Assembly: GCA_030324005.1 (NCBI GenBank)
Contig: JARDVH010000031.1
Coordinates: 38,535,680 to 38,599,679 of the forward strand
Reading direction: 5' to 3'
Origin: Negaprion brevirostris
Taxonomy: Eukaryota
DNA length: 64,000 nucleotides
Position numbers and translations under genes: made by a program. Shown here one piece after another: positions 1 through 10,334 of this stretch (its first letter is position 1; each line of letters starts with the position of its first letter). The notes beneath the pieces are model-generated. The model did not search any database and was not told the origin of the DNA. It saw only the letters and a list, made by a program, of their open reading frames with translations.

Positions 1-59
1 TGCTGGGGAATCTGAACCAAGCTTACCAACTTCAGAAATAATTATGAAGGAAATTCTAG
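1..59 (+). CDS. ttn: Titin exon, 3' end of Fn3 domain (cut by window start)
   Basis: Reads AGESEPSLPTSEIIMKEIL from base 2; donor G|GTATGT at 60. Confidence 0.9.
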
Positions 60-251
60 GTATGTACCTCTACATTTAGAATTTCAGAATACATTTTGTA
101 AGNNNNNNNNNNNNNNNNNNNNNNNNNNNNNNNNNNNNNNNNNNNNNNNNNNNNNNNNNNNNNNNNNNNNNNNNNNNNNNNNNNNNNNNNNNNNNNNNNN
201 NNNNNNNNNNNNNNNNNNNNNNNNNNNNNNNNNNNNNNNNNNNNNNNNNNN

Positions 252-293
252 ATTACTTGGGAGTTTGAAGGACTAGCTAAGACAGTGATGAAG
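252..293 (+). CDS. ttn: Titin exon, visible 3' part of first half of an Ig domain (5' part hidden in gap 103-251; predicted start about 145)
   Basis: ITWEFEGLAKTVMK then AAG|GTATGA; matches recalled human SSWEFDGKAKKAMK; phase-0 donor. Confidence 0.85.
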
Positions 294-345
294 GTATGAA
301 GTATCCTAATTATATTTAGATATGTATGTCTGTTCCAGGAAGAAT

Positions 346-421
346 TTTTTTCAAAAATTTACTTATTGGATGTGGGCATCGCTGGCTGGGCCAGCAGCTA
401 TTACTCATCCCTAATTGCCCT
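346..421 (-). mobile_element. Short 3'-end fragment of a shark LINE (CR1/L2-type)
   Basis: GGATGTGGGCATCGCTGGCTGGGCCAGCAGCTATTACTCATCCCTAATTGCCC resembles a common elasmobranch LINE tail in reverse (recall). Confidence 0.5.
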
Positions 422-548
422 CTAAGCTATCCAAATTTAAAATGCCTTGGACATGTGGGGCTGATGATGATCATACTTGGTGAATGTGCTCTGGAAGGTT
501 ACAATAGAGAATTGCATTTCAAAGCTCTGGTATGACTAAGTAATAATT

Positions 549-830
549 GGCTGGCATGGTGGCACAGTGGTTAGCACTGCTGCCTCACAGCACCAAGGAG
601 CCGGGTTCAATTCCAGCCTTGGGTGACTGTGTGGAGTTTGCATGTTTTCCCCAAATATGGGTTTCTTCTGGGTGCTCCAGTTTCCTCCCACAGTCCAAAA
701 ATGTGCAGGTTAGGTTAACTGGTCATGCTCAATTGCCCCTTGGTGTCAGGGGGATTAGCTGGGTAAATACATGGGGTTATGGCCTGGGTGGACTTGTTGG
801 TGCAGGATTGATATGGGCCAAAAGGCCTCT
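549..830 (+). mobile_element. HE1-like tRNA-derived V-SINE
   Basis: A-box TGGCACAGTGG (560-570), B-box GGGTTCAATTCC (603-614), V-domain GTGGAGTTTGCATGTT...CCTCCCACAGTCCAAA, CR1-like tail ATGGGCCAAAAGGCCT running into a gap. Confidence 0.88.
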
Positions 831-2169
831 NNNNNNNNNNNNNNNNNNNNNNNNNNNNNNNNNNNNNNNNNNNNNNNNNNNNNNNNNNNNNNNNNNNNNN
901 NNNNNNNNNNNNNNNNNNNNNNNNNNNNNNNNNNNNNNNNNNNNNNNNNNNTTTGATTTTTGCTCCATCTGGCTTGCACTTATAAGACTGCTATGAGTGG
1001 CATGAGAGCTTCTCGACCTACTGATGCTTCCCGTGGAAGTGTTTTGTTCACAAACTCTGTACCAAAACATGAAGAATTGTGCCAATTCATACAAAACCTT
1101 GAGTGACCAGTAAAGAATATCCTTAGGGTAGATTTCATCAGTACCACCAAGTTGTGAACCATCCCAGGTGCAGGAAGGCAAATATGTGTAATACAGTTTA
1201 CCTTAATTTTTCTTCCAACTAAATTAAAGGAGAAAAATTAGACAGACTCCATCTATTAGGTGTTCAATCCCCCCAGCTCAGTTCTTCTCCCTGAAAGAAC
1301 ATCCTAATCTCCACATGTACCCCAAAGTTCATTGAGCAACATTTACCCATCTCAGTTATACAGTTGCAGACTGACCGGATCTAAGTAGATGCCTTTCTAA
1401 TGGCTGTTTTTGTCACTAATTACCACTAATATAGTATCAGATATTGGTTCACAGAAATGCAACAATACATTATGTTACATATATCAAATATTAGAATATG
1501 ATACTATCTTGCATACAACACTGCTCCCCATATTTTTGGTTCTGCTCACACTGTAAACTACTGCAAGAGCTATTCTAATTACTCCATTTACTAATTTTGG
1601 AAGTCAAGTGGAAAGTTAACTAAAGGTTTTCAATGTAACAATTGAACATGTCAAATTTAAAGTTAATTGAAATGTACAAATTAGCGTACATAATTCAAAT
1701 GAAAATTCCTAATTTTGAAAGATTTCAGGTATCAGAGATGATTAAGTGCATTCACAATTGGCAGAAATTGAGGGATATTACTCCAGTTATTTAAGGTGAT
1801 ACCAGATGAAATGATTTCTATGATTGTTTGCCCTATTGTACAGAGAATTATCTCCAACAAAGGACTCTGAAATGCAGGTGTGCCTGATAGTTCACTTCTT
1901 CTTTTGGTGTTCATGTGCAATCATGTACGAAACAAAAGGGAAAATGTCAACAATTATATTGCATTAGGTTTAGGTGATGTGCCCGCTGTGAATATCTGGA
2001 AGTATATGGAAGCTATGAGGCGTGTGTATGGGGCTGGCTGTATTGGTCAGTGTATGAGGGAGGATTTGGAGCATCTAAATGTTAGGTACGTGTCCCAATG
2101 GGTCAGTGAGAAGCCTGTGAAACATTGAGCAGCATGAGAAGTTGCTAGTACAATGGATAGGGATTTAAT

Positions 2170-2410
2170 GTGAAGATGCATTTGCTGACCTTAACCACCT
2201 GCATAAAATCATTGAACTTTTTGTGGCACTGAGCCGGGTTGTCAGACAGACTCTGGGAATTGACATCCATGACCACATATTCAGAAGGTAGACCAAGAAG
2301 GCCTCCTAACCTCCGATGGAGACACCACTTTCTCCTGTCTACTTTCAACACCAACGCCTTCACCGTTTAACAACCCGGTAGTCTCTCTTTCTGGCCTGTT
2401 GTCCCATTTG
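2170..2410 (-). pseudogene. Decayed Myb/SANT-like DNA-binding ORF fragment, probably from a PIF/Harbinger transposon
   Basis: Minus strand reads MGQQARKR then, after a frameshift, VKALVLKVDRRK...VNSQSLSDNPAQCHKKFNDFMQVVKVS, matching the QC(R/K)KK(F/W)ND helix of Myb/SANT-like domains. Confidence 0.6.
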
Positions 2411-2487
2411 CAATCTTCCTTCTTCCAAAGAAAGACTTTGGTGGGGATTTTAATGCAGCTTGCAAGAGCAGGGACCATGGCATGTGG

Positions 2488-2660
2488 GTGATTCAATTAA
2501 AGATTTCAAAGAGGCATTAAACTGTTATCTGAAAAGGATGAATGTGCAGCGTTACAGGAAAGACAAGAGAATGACGTTCAGTGAATTGCTGATTTGGAGA
2601 GTTGGTGTAGATACCATGGGTGTAATGGTCTCCTTCCTCATTGTAACAATTCTGTGATTT
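2488..2660 (+). mobile_element. CR1-type LINE 3' end fragment
   Basis: DSIKDFKEALNCYLKRMNVQRY (CR1 ORF2 end) followed by tail ATGGGTGTAATGGTCTCCTTC...ATTCTGTGATT. Confidence 0.7.
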
Positions 2661-2988
2661 ATAAGTTAGTTTTCATTTTTTAAATCCTCAATGTCTTTCA
2701 CAAACAATGATCCCTCCAAATTATCATCTCAAACTGGCAGCATTTGCGTTTTTGGCCAGATAAGTTATTTTCTTGTTTGAAGTTGATTTTAAGTTGAGTA
2801 AAAATGAATGGAACCAATATACAAGTCCAGGCTGAAATTGATGTGTGGACTCATCCAGTATGGCATCATGAACAAAATAGTTGGGGGGAAAGTTTAACTT
2901 GAACAAATAAAATATCAATTATCATAGTTTTTCCTAAATAAGGATTAGACAGATTTTGTAACATTTGACGTTTTACTGTTTTGTGTAG

Positions 2989-3021
2989 GAGGAAGGACAT
3001 AATCTCCCAGCTGATGCCCAG
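2989..3021 (+). CDS. ttn: Titin 33-nt microexon within an Ig domain
   Basis: TTTTGTGTAG|EEGHNLPADAQ|GTAATA; phase 0-0; matches recalled human DGVHDIPEDAQ. Confidence 0.9.
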
Positions 3022-3125
3022 GTAATAATATGGTTAATGATTATTTTAAAGTATCATTTTGGAATGTAAAAATGGAATTTGAATATTACATGCTGCTTAA
3101 TTATTAATCTTCTTGTCTTTAATAG

Positions 3126-3255
3126 GTTGAAAGCATCAAAAATAAGTCAACTGTGATTATTCCAGAATGTAATAGAGGTCATTCTGGTCGATATAGTATT
3201 ACTGTGAAAAACAAAGCTGGACAAAAAACATTAAATGTCAGAGTAAATGTTCTTG
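3126..3255 (+). CDS. ttn: Titin exon, second half of Ig domain
   Basis: TAG|VESIKNKSTVIIPECNRGHSGRYSITVKNKAGQKTLNVRVNVL|GTATGT. Confidence 0.95.
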
Positions 3256-3344
3256 GTATGTAATCATTTTATTTGATTGTATTTGATAAAGAATGAATTG
3301 TAGTAGTTTAATGTGATTATTAAATGAATTATTTTTGGTTACAG

Positions 3345-3644
3345 ATATGCCAGGACCACCAAAAGACCTCAAAGTAACTGACATTACAAGGAGTTCCTGC
3401 AGACTCTCATGGAAGCCCCCAGACAATGATGGTGGAGATAGAATTAAAAGTTATGTTGTGGAGAAAAAGACTGTAGAAGGAAAGGCTTGGGTAAAAGCGA
3501 ACGCTGCCTGTGCAGGCACAACATTTGTTGTGCCTGATCTTATTGAAGGGCAAGAGTACTTCTTCCGCGTCCGGGCAGAAAACCGATTTGGTGTTGGTCC
3601 GCCAGTAGAAACCGTTCAGAGGACCAAAGCTAGAGATCCAATTC
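3345..3644 (+). CDS. ttn: Titin exon, Fn3
   Basis: CAG|DMPGPPKDLKV...KARDPI|GTAAGT; 300 nt. Confidence 0.96.
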
Positions 3645-3759
3645 GTAAGTTTATAGTTTTAAAAGCGTATACCTATCTAGTTCAGAGATCAGTATTATTT
3701 GTTTTAGTGAAGATGCTTCTTGATAGCAACTTTTTTTGATGACTACTTTCATATTTCAG

Positions 3760-4077
3760 ATGCTCCTGAGCCTCCAACAAAACTCCGAGTTGGTTTGGTT
3801 ACTAAGAATTCTGTTTCACTTACTTGGAAGCCACCAAAGAAAGATGGCGGGGCTCCAGTATCACATTACATTATTGAAAGTCTTCTCGTGGATCCAACTG
3901 GCCAAAAGAAGGAAAGTTGGAAGCAATGCAATAGACGTGATGTGGAAGAAACCAAATTTACTGTAGAAGATCTTATTGAGGGTGCACAATATGAATTCCG
4001 TGTGAAAGCTGTAAATGAAGCTGGTGTGAGTAAACCATGTAACTCTGTTGGACCCGTCACTGTGAAAGATCAAACAT
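3760..4077 (+). CDS. ttn: Titin exon, Fn3
   Basis: CAG|APEPPTKLRVG...VTVKDQT|GTAAGT; 318 nt. Confidence 0.96.
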
Positions 4078-4172
4078 GTAAGTGTTGACACAATTATGGC
4101 ATAACACAATGTAACAATTGAACATATCAAATTTAAACCTAATTGAAATGTACTAAATTTTCTTATGCCCAG

Positions 4173-4469
4173 GTGCACCTGAAATTGAACTTCAAGAATT
4201 TTTGGAGGCAGAACAAAATACAGATACCAGCATTGTAGCCAAAGTCAAGGGCACACCATTCCCAACTTTGACATGGTATAAAGCACCTGCCCATAAACCA
4301 GAGGAAAAATCTAAAGTAGAATATGATCAACACGTCAACAAAATTGTGACTGAGGATGGGTGCACTTTACTAATTCACCAGTCCCTCCGAAAAGACACCG
4401 GTCTTTACACCCTCACTGCGACAAACAATTTGGGAACCGCTTCTAAGGAAATGAGGCTCAATGTTCTTG
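4173..4469 (+). CDS. ttn: Titin exon, Ig
   Basis: CAG|CAPEIELQEF...KEMRLNVL|GTAATT; 297 nt. Confidence 0.96.
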
Positions 4470-4597
4470 GTAATTATTTTTATTAGGTATCTCATTAAAT
4501 TCCTAATTTTGGCAATGCAATTATAATTGCAATCCTGTCACTTGCTACAGTGAGTGCAACGGAAAATATTTATATTTTGACTTGTTTTAATACTTAG

Positions 4598-4897
4598 GTC
4601 CCCCAGGTCCTCCAGTTGGTCCTATTAAGTTTGAAGGAATTAGTGCTGAACAGATGACTATATCATGGCTCCCTCCAAAAGATGATGGTGGCGCCAAGAT
4701 CACTAACTACGTTGTTGAAAAGAAAGAAGCAAGTAGGAGGACTTGGATTCAAGTTTCCAATGATGTTAAAGAGTGCATTTGCACAGTGCCCAAGTTATTG
4801 GAAGGACATGAATATGTATTCCGCATCATGGCTCAGAATAAATATGGTGTTGGGGCACCTCTTGACAGTGAACCAGAGACAGCAAGAAATCTGTTTA
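4598..4897 (+). CDS. ttn: Titin exon, Fn3
   Basis: TAG|GPPGPPVGPIKF...ETARNLF|GTAAGT; 300 nt. Confidence 0.96.
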
Positions 4898-5104
4898 GTA
4901 AGTATTGAAATATACAATTCCTCCTGCTATTCCATAATTTGTTATTTCTGATCTTATGAATCCGTGCTGTCCAATTCTATACGATCTTACACCTGACCTT
5001 TAAATGTTCTACCTGTAATTTCAAAGTGACTGTCAGAAAATAATTCGGTTACCTTCTTTTGTAGATTTAGAAAATACTAATGAAATATATATTTTGTTTT
5101 AAAG

Positions 5105-5419
5105 CTGTACCTGGAGCTTGTGACAAACCAACTATTGGTAGTGTGACTCGTGATTCAATGGTTGTCAATTGGGAAGAGCCAGAATATGATGGTGGTTCTC
5201 CAGTAACTGGCTACTGGTTAGAGCGTAAAGAGACTACTGGAAAGAGATGGAATAGAGTAAATCGTGATCCAATTAGGATTATGCCACTTGGAGTATCCCA
5301 TCAAGTAGCTGGTCTTATTGAAGGCTCATATTATCAATTCCGTGTGTTTGCCATCAATGCAGCAGGCATTGGACCCCCAAGCGTGCCTTCTGACCCAATG
5401 GTAGCAAGAGATCCCATTG
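5105..5419 (+). CDS. ttn: Titin exon, Fn3
   Basis: AAG|VPGACDKPTIG...VARDPI|GTAGGT; 315 nt. Confidence 0.95.
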
Positions 5420-5635
5420 GTAGGTATACATTTTTGCTTGGAGTTTTCAAACTTTTATGTGTGGGAAATATCTGCGAATAACAACAAACCAGTATAACTA
5501 TTTTCACATTCCTTGGGACCAAATATACTAACTTCTAACACTATTGACTACCCATAAGTAAAGCAATGTAATATTGCAAACAATATCTTTATTAGTGTAA
5601 AGTAACAGAAACAACAAACAGGTTATGTGCATTGA

Positions 5636-5731
5636 ACCGAACAGGCACCAGAGTGTGGCGACTAAGGGAATTTCACTGTAACTTCATTGCAGTGTTAATG
5701 TAAAGCCTACTTGTGACTAATAAATAAACAT
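5636..5731 (+). mobile_element. 3' tail fragment of a shark retroelement (SINE/L2-type)
   Basis: GAGTGTGGCGACTAAGGGAATTTCACTGTAACTTCATTGCAGTGTTAATGTAAAGCCTACTTGTGACTAATAAATAAAC resembles an abundant shark repeat tail (recall); family uncertain. Confidence 0.5.
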
Positions 5732-5879
5732 TAAAGTGAGTCAACAAAGAAATCTAATTACTACATTCTATGAGGAACTACTCATTCTCATTTTTAAAAC
5801 TTGTGTTTTATGATGCATCTAGATTAACAAGATGTTGGTGATAGCTTGTTCTGAATTTTCCTTTTTTCTTTCTAAACAG

Positions 5880-6028
5880 CGCCACCTGGTCCTCCATTCC
5901 CTAAGGTAACAGACTGGACTAGGTCAACTGTAGATCTTGAATGGGCTCCACCAACAAAAGATGGTGGATCCAGGATTACTGGATATTTTGTTGAATTTAA
6001 GGAGGAAGGGAAAGAAGAATGGGAAAAG
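5880..6028 (+). CDS. ttn: Titin exon, first half of Fn3
   Basis: CAG|APPGPPFPKVTDWT...EEGKEEWEK|GTAAAT; phase-0 donor. Confidence 0.95.
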
Positions 6029-6066
6029 GTAAATTAATCAATAATGGTTTGGTACATGTTAAGTAT

Positions 6067-6597
6067 AGGGCTGATTTTCTCGTTCCTATCCTATGCCTTT
6101 ACCAAGTTCAGGATAGACAGAGCAAAATTGAAGTGCAGTCTGCCAGGACTGTGCCCAAATATGCTGGGCCAAGTCATTAAATGGATCCCACTGCAGCTTC
6201 TTCCCTTGGCAAAGCCATACAGTGAGGGTGAAACAAAAGTGCAGATGAAGTCACTCAGACCTACAGTGGCACTCCTGCTCCATTAGCCCTCAGATTCCAC
6301 TGGCTTTTGTTAAAGAACAGCTCCTGAAGGCCCCAGCAACCTAAAGGCCTGTCACCTTTCTTTTGGCTTGCCTTTGTCACATGTCTCTGTCAAACCCTCC
6401 CATATGAGAAGACCCAAACTCAAAATCCAGATACCGCTGAATTTGGTTCCCCTTTTTCAAAGCAATGAGAGAAATTTGAGATTGTCATGTTTGAAATGTA
6501 CTTCATTTCCAGAAGAACTGGCAATGTACATACTAGTCCAAGTATTGTAGGCACAGGACTTACTTCACCTTCCAAGCAAAGCAGAAATTTTTGGGCA
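6067..6597. mobile_element. Possible old MITE/non-autonomous DNA transposon
   Basis: Ends GGGCTGATTTTC and GAAATTTTTGGGC weakly resemble the termini of the other MITEs here; fills an enlarged intron. Confidence 0.3.
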
Positions 6598-6697
6598 GTA
6601 TGAATAGGCCAGAAATCTGGTATCAGAGTTTTCTTGTTCCAATTTCTGTTGCTCAATCTTGGCTAATATTTTTGCCTTTTGTGCCGTTTATTCATAG

Positions 6698-6848
6698 GTA
6701 AAAGACAAAGAAATTAGAGGCACAAAGTTTGTTGTACCAGATCTGAAGGAAGGAGGACTGTACAGATTTAGAGTAAGGGCAGTGAACGCTGCTGGAGTTG
6801 GTGAACCAGGAGAGGCTTCTGATGTCATTGAAGTCAAGGATAGAACAG
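6698..6848 (+). CDS. ttn: Titin exon, second half of Fn3
   Basis: TAG|VKDKEIRGTKFVV...IEVKDRT|GTAAAA. Confidence 0.95.
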
Positions 6849-6933
6849 GTAAAAAAGTGAAGACTTTGGTTGCATTTCTTCTGTATGACTTAGACAAAGA
6901 TATTAATTTACATCATGTCTTTATTTACTCTAG

Positions 6934-7215
6934 TCATTCCAGACATTAGCTTGGATGCCAGCATGAGAGACAGAATTGTAGTGCATGCTGGTGGTGTCAT
7001 TCGCATGTTGGCATACGTATCAGGTAAACCACCTCCAGAGATCACATGGCAAAGAGATGATAAACCAATACCAGGAGAAGCTGCAATTGAAACCACAGCT
7101 ATTAGTTCGGCTCTTGTCATTAAGAATTGTCAGAGAAAGCATCAGGGTGTGTACAATCTCATCGCAAAGAATGCAGGAGGTGAAAGAAGAAAGACAATTA
7201 TTGTTGATGTTTTGG
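6934..7215 (+). CDS. ttn: Titin exon, Ig
   Basis: TAG|IPDISLDASMRDRIVVHAG...IIVDVL|GTAAAT; 282 nt. Confidence 0.96.
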
Positions 7216-7305
7216 GTAAATATTCTTACTTTTTGATTTTACACTTAGTGCAGTCAACTTTTCTTAAGACCTTAAGTAAAATCAATTAATATTTTTTAAT
7301 TGCAG

Positions 7306-7608
7306 ATGTTCCTGGGCCAGTTGGTGAACCTTTCCGCTGTGAAAACCTGACAAATGATTCGTGCAAATTGACCTGGTTCCTTCCAGATGATGATGGTGGA
7401 TCTGCTGTCACCAATTATATCATTGAAAAACGTGAAGCTGAACGACGAGGCTGGTCCCCTGTCTCATACACAGTCACAAGACAGAATGCTATCGTTCAGG
7501 GTCTAATTCAAGGAGATAGTTATTTCTTCAGAATTGCAGCTGAAAATATCATAGGCATGGGCCCCTGGGTGCAGACAGCACAAGAAATTGTGGTTAAAGA
7601 ACCAATGT
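7306..7608 (+). CDS. ttn: Titin exon, Fn3
   Basis: CAG|DVPGPVGEPF...VVKEPM|GTAAGT; 303 nt. Confidence 0.96.
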
Positions 7609-7716
7609 GTAAGTGATGTTTCTAGTTGCATATTTTTCTTCACATCTTTGCGTCTTAAAGACATCAATTGTAACCACTGAATACATTAATTTTATTATAT
7701 TTTTCCTAACTTGCAG

Positions 7717-8019
7717 CTGTCCCTGAACGCCCTGAAGATCTTGAAGTGGCAGCAGTCACGAAGCAATCAGTTAGCTTGAAATGGAACCCTCCTAAATACG
7801 ACGGCGGCTCAGACATTACAATGTACGTTCTTGAGGGCCGTCTTATTGGCAAAGAGAAGTTCATCAAGCTTACTAAAGAGAAGTTGTTAAATCGGGTTTA
7901 CAACCATAGTGGATTAAAGGAAGGTGACACTTACGAATACCGTGTCAGTGCGGTGAATGAAGTTGGACAGGGCAAACCATCATTCTGCACAAAACCAATC
8001 ACCTGCAAGGATCAACTTG
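7717..8019 (+). CDS. ttn: Titin exon, Fn3
   Basis: CAG|VPERPEDLEV...TCKDQL|GTAAGA; 303 nt. Confidence 0.96.
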
Positions 8020-8096
8020 GTAAGACTTCTTTCAAAAATGTTTTAAGAAATATCGCTTTTCTTCTGGAAAGGCAATAATTGTATTATTATCTTTAG

Positions 8097-8378
8097 AACC
8101 ACCGACGCTTGAGTTGGATTTCCGCGACAAATTTGTTGTGCGCGTTGGTGAATCTTTCAGCCTGACTGGAACATACAAAGGGAAACCTGCTCCAAAGGTT
8201 TCTTGGCTGAAGGATGATGATGTAGTTGAAGAAACCAAACGCATAAAGATAAACACTACACCGTCAAAACTGTGTCTGGGAATCCTGAAAGGTGTTCGTG
8301 ATGACTCTGGTAAATACTGTGTGGTTGTGGAGAACAGCACAGGGGTACGAAAGGGTCTCTGTCAAGTGACTGTTGTTG
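8097..8378 (+). CDS. ttn: Titin exon, Ig
   Basis: TAG|EPPTLELDFRDKF...CQVTVV|GTAAGT; 282 nt. Confidence 0.96.
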
Positions 8379-8460
8379 GTAAGTTAGTTATTTTTCTTCT
8401 TTTTCCGTTTAAAATCTTATAAGCAGGAAACAGGATTGAAACCAACTGTTTTTTTTTCAG

Positions 8461-8760
8461 ATCGTCCACTACCTCCAGTTGGCCCAGTTGTGTTCCATGA
8501 AGTTCATAAAGATCACATGGTTATTTCCTGGAAACCGCCACTTGATGATGGAGGCAGTATGATCACTAATTATATTGTTGAGAAAAGAGATACACACCGA
8601 GAACTTTGGATGCCTGTTACTTCTTCAACTACTAAGACAACTTGCAAAGTTCCAAAATTAATTGAGGGCAGAGAGTATATTATCCGCATCTATGCTGAAA
8701 ACATGTATGGAATCAGTGATCCATTGCTTTCAGAAGAAATGAAAGCCAAAGATCGTTTTA
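8461..8760 (+). CDS. ttn: Titin exon, Fn3
   Basis: CAG|DRPLPPVGPV...KAKDRF|GTAAGT; 300 nt. Confidence 0.96.
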
Positions 8761-8835
8761 GTAAGTACTGGACTTCTCATTAATGTATTAAGTGAAACAA
8801 AAAAAAACAAACAAATGCTCAATAAAGCAAATTAA

Positions 8836-9688
8836 AGGCCTTATTTTACCATTGTGTCGCGTCCGTTTTCAAGCGTGAAAATATGGTAAAGTCGGGTGTG
8901 AGGCCATCAATGCGATCTGCACCCGCGCCCACACAGATACCCACTTTACCGACACCCTGGAGTGGCTGCGATCCGATTCACGCCCAAAACAGGCGCAATG
9001 GCAATTTAAATGCATTTGCATGTATTTAAATTGAATTAATGAACTGCCCACCCAATTTTATCAGCATTTCCCCCTTTACTGCATTTGCCGATTCAGAATC
9101 GCACCGAAATGAACATGCTGAATAAAAGTCTGAATCGAGTGCTCCAGCTGCTGAAGAGGTGCGTTCAGTNNNNNNNNNNNNNNNNNNNNNNNNNNNNNNN
9201 NNNNNNNNNNNNNNNNNNNNNNNNNNNNNNNNNNNNNNNNNNNNNNNNNNNNNNNNNNNNNNNNNNNNNTAAGATGTATCTCTTCTGGGGTGGGGAGGCC
9301 AGATGGATTTCTGATGGAGGGGGGGTCCGCTGCCACTCTGTGGGCGATTGGTGGGATCGTGGTCAGTCTGGGGAGTGGAGGGGATGGGTGGATAAGGGGG
9401 ATAGTGATGCCATCACTGCCACTTTTCGCTCCCGAGCCGTTTTCTCCGCTTTCTGTGGCCTGGCAGCGATCTGACACGGGCGCTCTTCAATTTTTTTTCT
9501 AACTGTGCATGTGCAGTTCAGAGCTCCAGTCATTTTGGCCGTGCTAAGCCCTGCCCACAGCGTGAATCGGACCCGCGATTTTTTTTTTAGGCTGAGTGCA
9601 TATGGGTGCGCCTGAAAACAGATCTCCAAGTCAGATCTGCATTGCACCCAGATTCAACACTTAGAATGAAAATGGTAAAATTGGGCTC
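8836..9688. mobile_element. PIF/Harbinger-type non-autonomous element (MITE) with TAA target-site duplication
   Basis: Left end AGGCCTTATTTTACCATT; right end reverse complement GAGCCCAATTTTACCATT; TAA at 8833-8835 and 9689-9691; CpG-rich interior with a 100-N gap (9170-9269). Confidence 0.78.
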
Positions 9689-9925
9689 TAACAGTCTTGT
9701 TTTCTCCTAACTGGGTCCAGCTAAAGGAAGGTAGAATTCTGATCTCATATTCAATATTGTATTAAATACTTTGTGGTTTTGATATTAAAATCATTTTAGT
9801 TATAAGTGTTGCACACAACAAAGGTGTCTCTTTCCTATTTATCCACAAGTTTGTAAAACATTAGTAGTGAGGGAGAAATCTTTGTTTTTATTTTTCTCAA
9901 TCCGTTTTCACTATTTTCTCTAAAG

Positions 9926-10228
9926 GGGTCCCTGAAGCGCCAGAACAACCAACTATAAAAGATGTGACTAAGGATTCTGTTGTGGTGGTTTGGAATAGAC
10001 CACGTGATGGTGGAAAACCTATCACCAGATATATTGTGGAAAAGAAAGAAACCATGTCCAATCGCTGGGCAAGAGTATCCACGGAGCCAATTTATCCAGA
10101 CACTCAGTTCAAAGTAACTGACCTGCTTGAAGGTTGTGAATATGAATTCCGCGTTTCAGCAGAAAATGAAATAGGAGTTGGTGATCCTAGTCCACCATCC
10201 AACCCCGTCTTTGCAAAAGATCCAATTG
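9926..10228 (+). CDS. ttn: Titin exon, Fn3
   Basis: AAG|RVPEAPEQPTIKDV...FAKDPI|GTATGT; 303 nt. Confidence 0.95.
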
Positions 10229-10334
10229 GTATGTCAAAATATATGCACCCAATTTCTTTTTTTCTTTAAAATAACTTTTTGTAATGTATGTGTTCTGATT
10301 TATATTGACCATGTTTTTAACTGTTCTTATTCAG

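Noticed and set aside
560-620. tRNA-like A and B boxes
   Set aside because: They are the SINE head, followed by the V-domain and LINE-like tail; not a tRNA gene.
547-996. 149-aa ORF MAGMVAQWLALLPHS and the similar ORF at 31303-31485
   Set aside because: Chance translation of HE1 SINE copies; the first is extended by Ns.
777-1181. Minus-strand 134-aa ORF as a nested protein-coding gene
   Set aside because: Length is inflated by a 121-N gap and SINE sequence; no recognisable domain or consistent exon chain.
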